A stretch of DNA of 58,452 nucleotides from Candidatus Hadarchaeota archaeon (lineage in GTDB: Archaea; Hadarchaeota; Hadarchaeia; Hadarchaeales; JAWBSP01), in contig CAYYWO010000006.1 of assembly GCA_964474885.1 (NCBI GenBank), positions 1 through 58,452 of the forward strand, in the 5' to 3' direction. Below, piece by piece: positions 56,676 through 58,452 of the stretch. Both the position numbers and the translations under genes were made by a program. The notes beneath the pieces are model-generated. The model had not been told where the DNA came from, did no database searches, and was given only the letters and a program-made list of their open reading frames with translations. The first letter of the stretch is position 1. Each line of letters opens with the position of its first letter.

Positions 56676-57424
56676 AGTGATTTGTAGACTATGGGACCCT
56701 GGGCCTGCCCGCGCCTTATCTCGTGAAGCGCCTCCGCCGCCAACCTAGCCGCCGTCTCCGCATCGCTTGCGAGGCCCACCCCGGCCTTGAACTCCACCCC
56801 TAGCCTGCGCTTCACCTCCGAGATCACCTCCAGCAGGTCGGCCGGGGAAGTGCCATTGCAGATCGAGATGTAGTTGTCTCCCCCCATGTAGAACACCAGG
56901 GCCTCCCTGCGCTTCATGGACTCGATCAGCTGCAGGTGGGCCCTCTGGAGGAGCAGGTGGGTGTCGTAGATAGGGTAGGAGTCCGTGAGGATGGCTGAGT
57001 GGTTGACGTCGAAGTGAGCTATCTGAACCTTCCCGGGTGAGGGGAGGAAGCTGCCCGTCAGAACTCCCTTCCTCCGCTCGGATCTGCTGCTCCCCGTGGA
57101 CTGCAGGGAAAGGGTGGCCTGCAACTGGGCCTCGTAGGCCGTTCTCCCAGTTCCGACCCCCATGCTTACCGTCACAGGGAACCTGCCGTTCACTGAGTCC
57201 AGGATCTCCCTGTGGTCATCCAACGAAAGGCCATTGGAAATCGCCAGCATGTTGTCCAGCCTGAGCGGGAAGACTATACCCTTCCTCCTCGAGAACTCCC
57301 CCTGCAGAGCAGAGTAAAGGCTACTCTGGAGGATCTGCAGTTCCGCCTCCCTCTTAGGCCTCGGGGTGACCGTCCAGGGGCCGTAGTTATCTATCTGGAT
57401 GAGCGTTAGCTGGAGTTCCTTCAT
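56672..57424 (-). CDS. gch3: GTP cyclohydrolase III
   Basis: QIDNYGPWT, DN, SNG, IAHFDVN, GGDN, KAGVG; ATG at 57424. Confidence 0.93.
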   Translation of the reverse strand: MKELQLTLIQIDNYGPWTVTPRPKREAELQILQSSLYSALQGEFSRRKGIVFPLRLDNMLAISNGLSLDDHREILDSVNGRFPVTVSMGVGTGRTAYEAQLQATLSLQSTGSSRSERRKGVLTGSFLPSPGKVQIAHFDVNHSAILTDSYPIYDTHLLLQRAHLQLIESMKRREALVFYMGGDNYISICNGTSPADLLEVISEVKRRLGVEFKAGVGLASDAETAARLAAEALHEIRRGQAQGPIVYKSL

Positions 57425-57566
57425 GCTCTTCCTTACCCCCGATGCTAAAAATCTGCCAAGGAGGGAAGAACGGTATCTCCCAGCAAGGCTTGTGTGATAG
57501 TATTGTAGGAGAAAAGTCCCTTTATTCAATAAACATTTTTGAGCAAAAGAGGGGGCACGACTTCCC

Positions 57567-58349
57567 TCAGATTAAGCCAATGGCAACCCCGATACCTATC
57601 GCGCCTATGAGCCCTCCGAATACTGCTCGCAGTATCCACGCTTTCACGCTCTTGGTCGCCCTAGCTCCAATCCATGTGAACACCAGCGTAACTAGACCGA
57701 TGCCAGCAAAGCAAAGTAAGTCCATGTAGCCGTGTAACCCAAGATTGACCGCCCCTACTCCCGCTGTTGGGATCATCGCTAGAGAGGAAGTACCAATCGC
57801 TATGTGCATTGGATACCCGGACGCGGTGAGCACCGGCACGTAGTATATGCCCCCGCCAAAACCACACAGCCCTGTGGCGATACCTGCGGCAAACATAAGT
57901 GAACCCAATTGCCACCCGTAGGGTAGGCTCCTAACTTGATGAACGGTGACCCTCGGTGGAGTAATGCCCTTGGTCTTGATGGCCTGGTACATCATGTAGA
58001 TACCGATGAAGAAGCAAGCCATCCCGAAAATCACTTTGAGGATGCTCACTGGCAGGTATATTGCCACCATTGAGCCAACCAGTACACCAGCACCAGCTGT
58101 AACCGATGCCACGATTGCACCCTTCTTGTATATGTGCCCCATCTTGTGGTGTGTCAGCACGCCCGGGAAGGTAGTCAGAGAAATGACCGCCATGTTCACT
58201 CCATACGCATATTTGATAGGGAGTCCGAGAAGTGCCATCAACATCGGTATTCTGAGGAAGCATCCCCCGATTCCGAGCCAGGAAGAGAGAAAGCCAGGTA
58301 CAGCGCCCGTGATGAGGATGTAGAACGCAAGCAGCCACGCTTCCATCAT
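57567..58349 (-). CDS. TauE/SafE (TSUP) family transporter
   Basis: About eight TM helices; repeated LGIGG / GFGGG..VP..AIGTS motifs. Confidence 0.9.
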   Translation of the reverse strand: MMEAWLLAFYILITGAVPGFLSSWLGIGGCFLRIPMLMALLGLPIKYAYGVNMAVISLTTFPGVLTHHKMGHIYKKGAIVASVTAGAGVLVGSMVAIYLPVSILKVIFGMACFFIGIYMMYQAIKTKGITPPRVTVHQVRSLPYGWQLGSLMFAAGIATGLCGFGGGIYYVPVLTASGYPMHIAIGTSSLAMIPTAGVGAVNLGLHGYMDLLCFAGIGLVTLVFTWIGARATKSVKAWILRAVFGGLIGAIGIGVAIGLI

Positions 58350-58452
58350 ACCACCTTAACTACCCCTTCTTCCATCATTTTTAAACCTAAGGTGTTTGGC
58401 TTTTCAGGACGGTGCTTGGCTCGGGCTATATGGCGCCTAGGGCGGCGCGTGA

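Noticed and set aside
57425-57566. FMN riboswitch or regulator site upstream of gch3 (and of ribH)
   Set aside because: No RFN consensus segments or clear dyad found
1-58452. CRISPR array, rRNA, intact integrase or transposase
   Set aside because: No regularly spaced repeats, rRNA-like stretch or recombinase motifs seen on either strand

Overview
Gene-dense chromosomal segment of a thermophilic archaeon (reverse gyrase, class I LysRS, deoxyhypusine synthase, PriS/PriL/GINS, archaeal SRP RNA, GTP cyclohydrolase III; lineage cannot be fixed from sequence alone). Mostly housekeeping: a trehalose/MscS cluster, tRNA-processing genes, ftsY-pfdA, a citrate-synthase-like/LeuCD/IDH operon, a folD-his operon, riboflavin genes, a WtpABC/ModE locus and a primase operon. 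RNA genes: tRNA-Thr(TGT), tRNA-Ser(GCT), SRP RNA and a dual-guide box C/D sRNA whose guides fit the 23S rRNA H69-H71 region as I recall it. Accessory traces: a possible IS200/IS605-type right end at the window start; an integrase-less 2.1-kb islet at tRNA-Thr with 18-bp att repeats carrying a membrane transglutaminase/PNGase-like gene; a decayed nucleotidyltransferase module; a VapBC pair inside the his operon; and an insertion carrying an AbiEii-type pseudogene between priL and priS that left a degenerate copy of the priL C-terminus at the priS start. No CRISPR array or rRNA seen. All family calls are by motif recognition, not database search.
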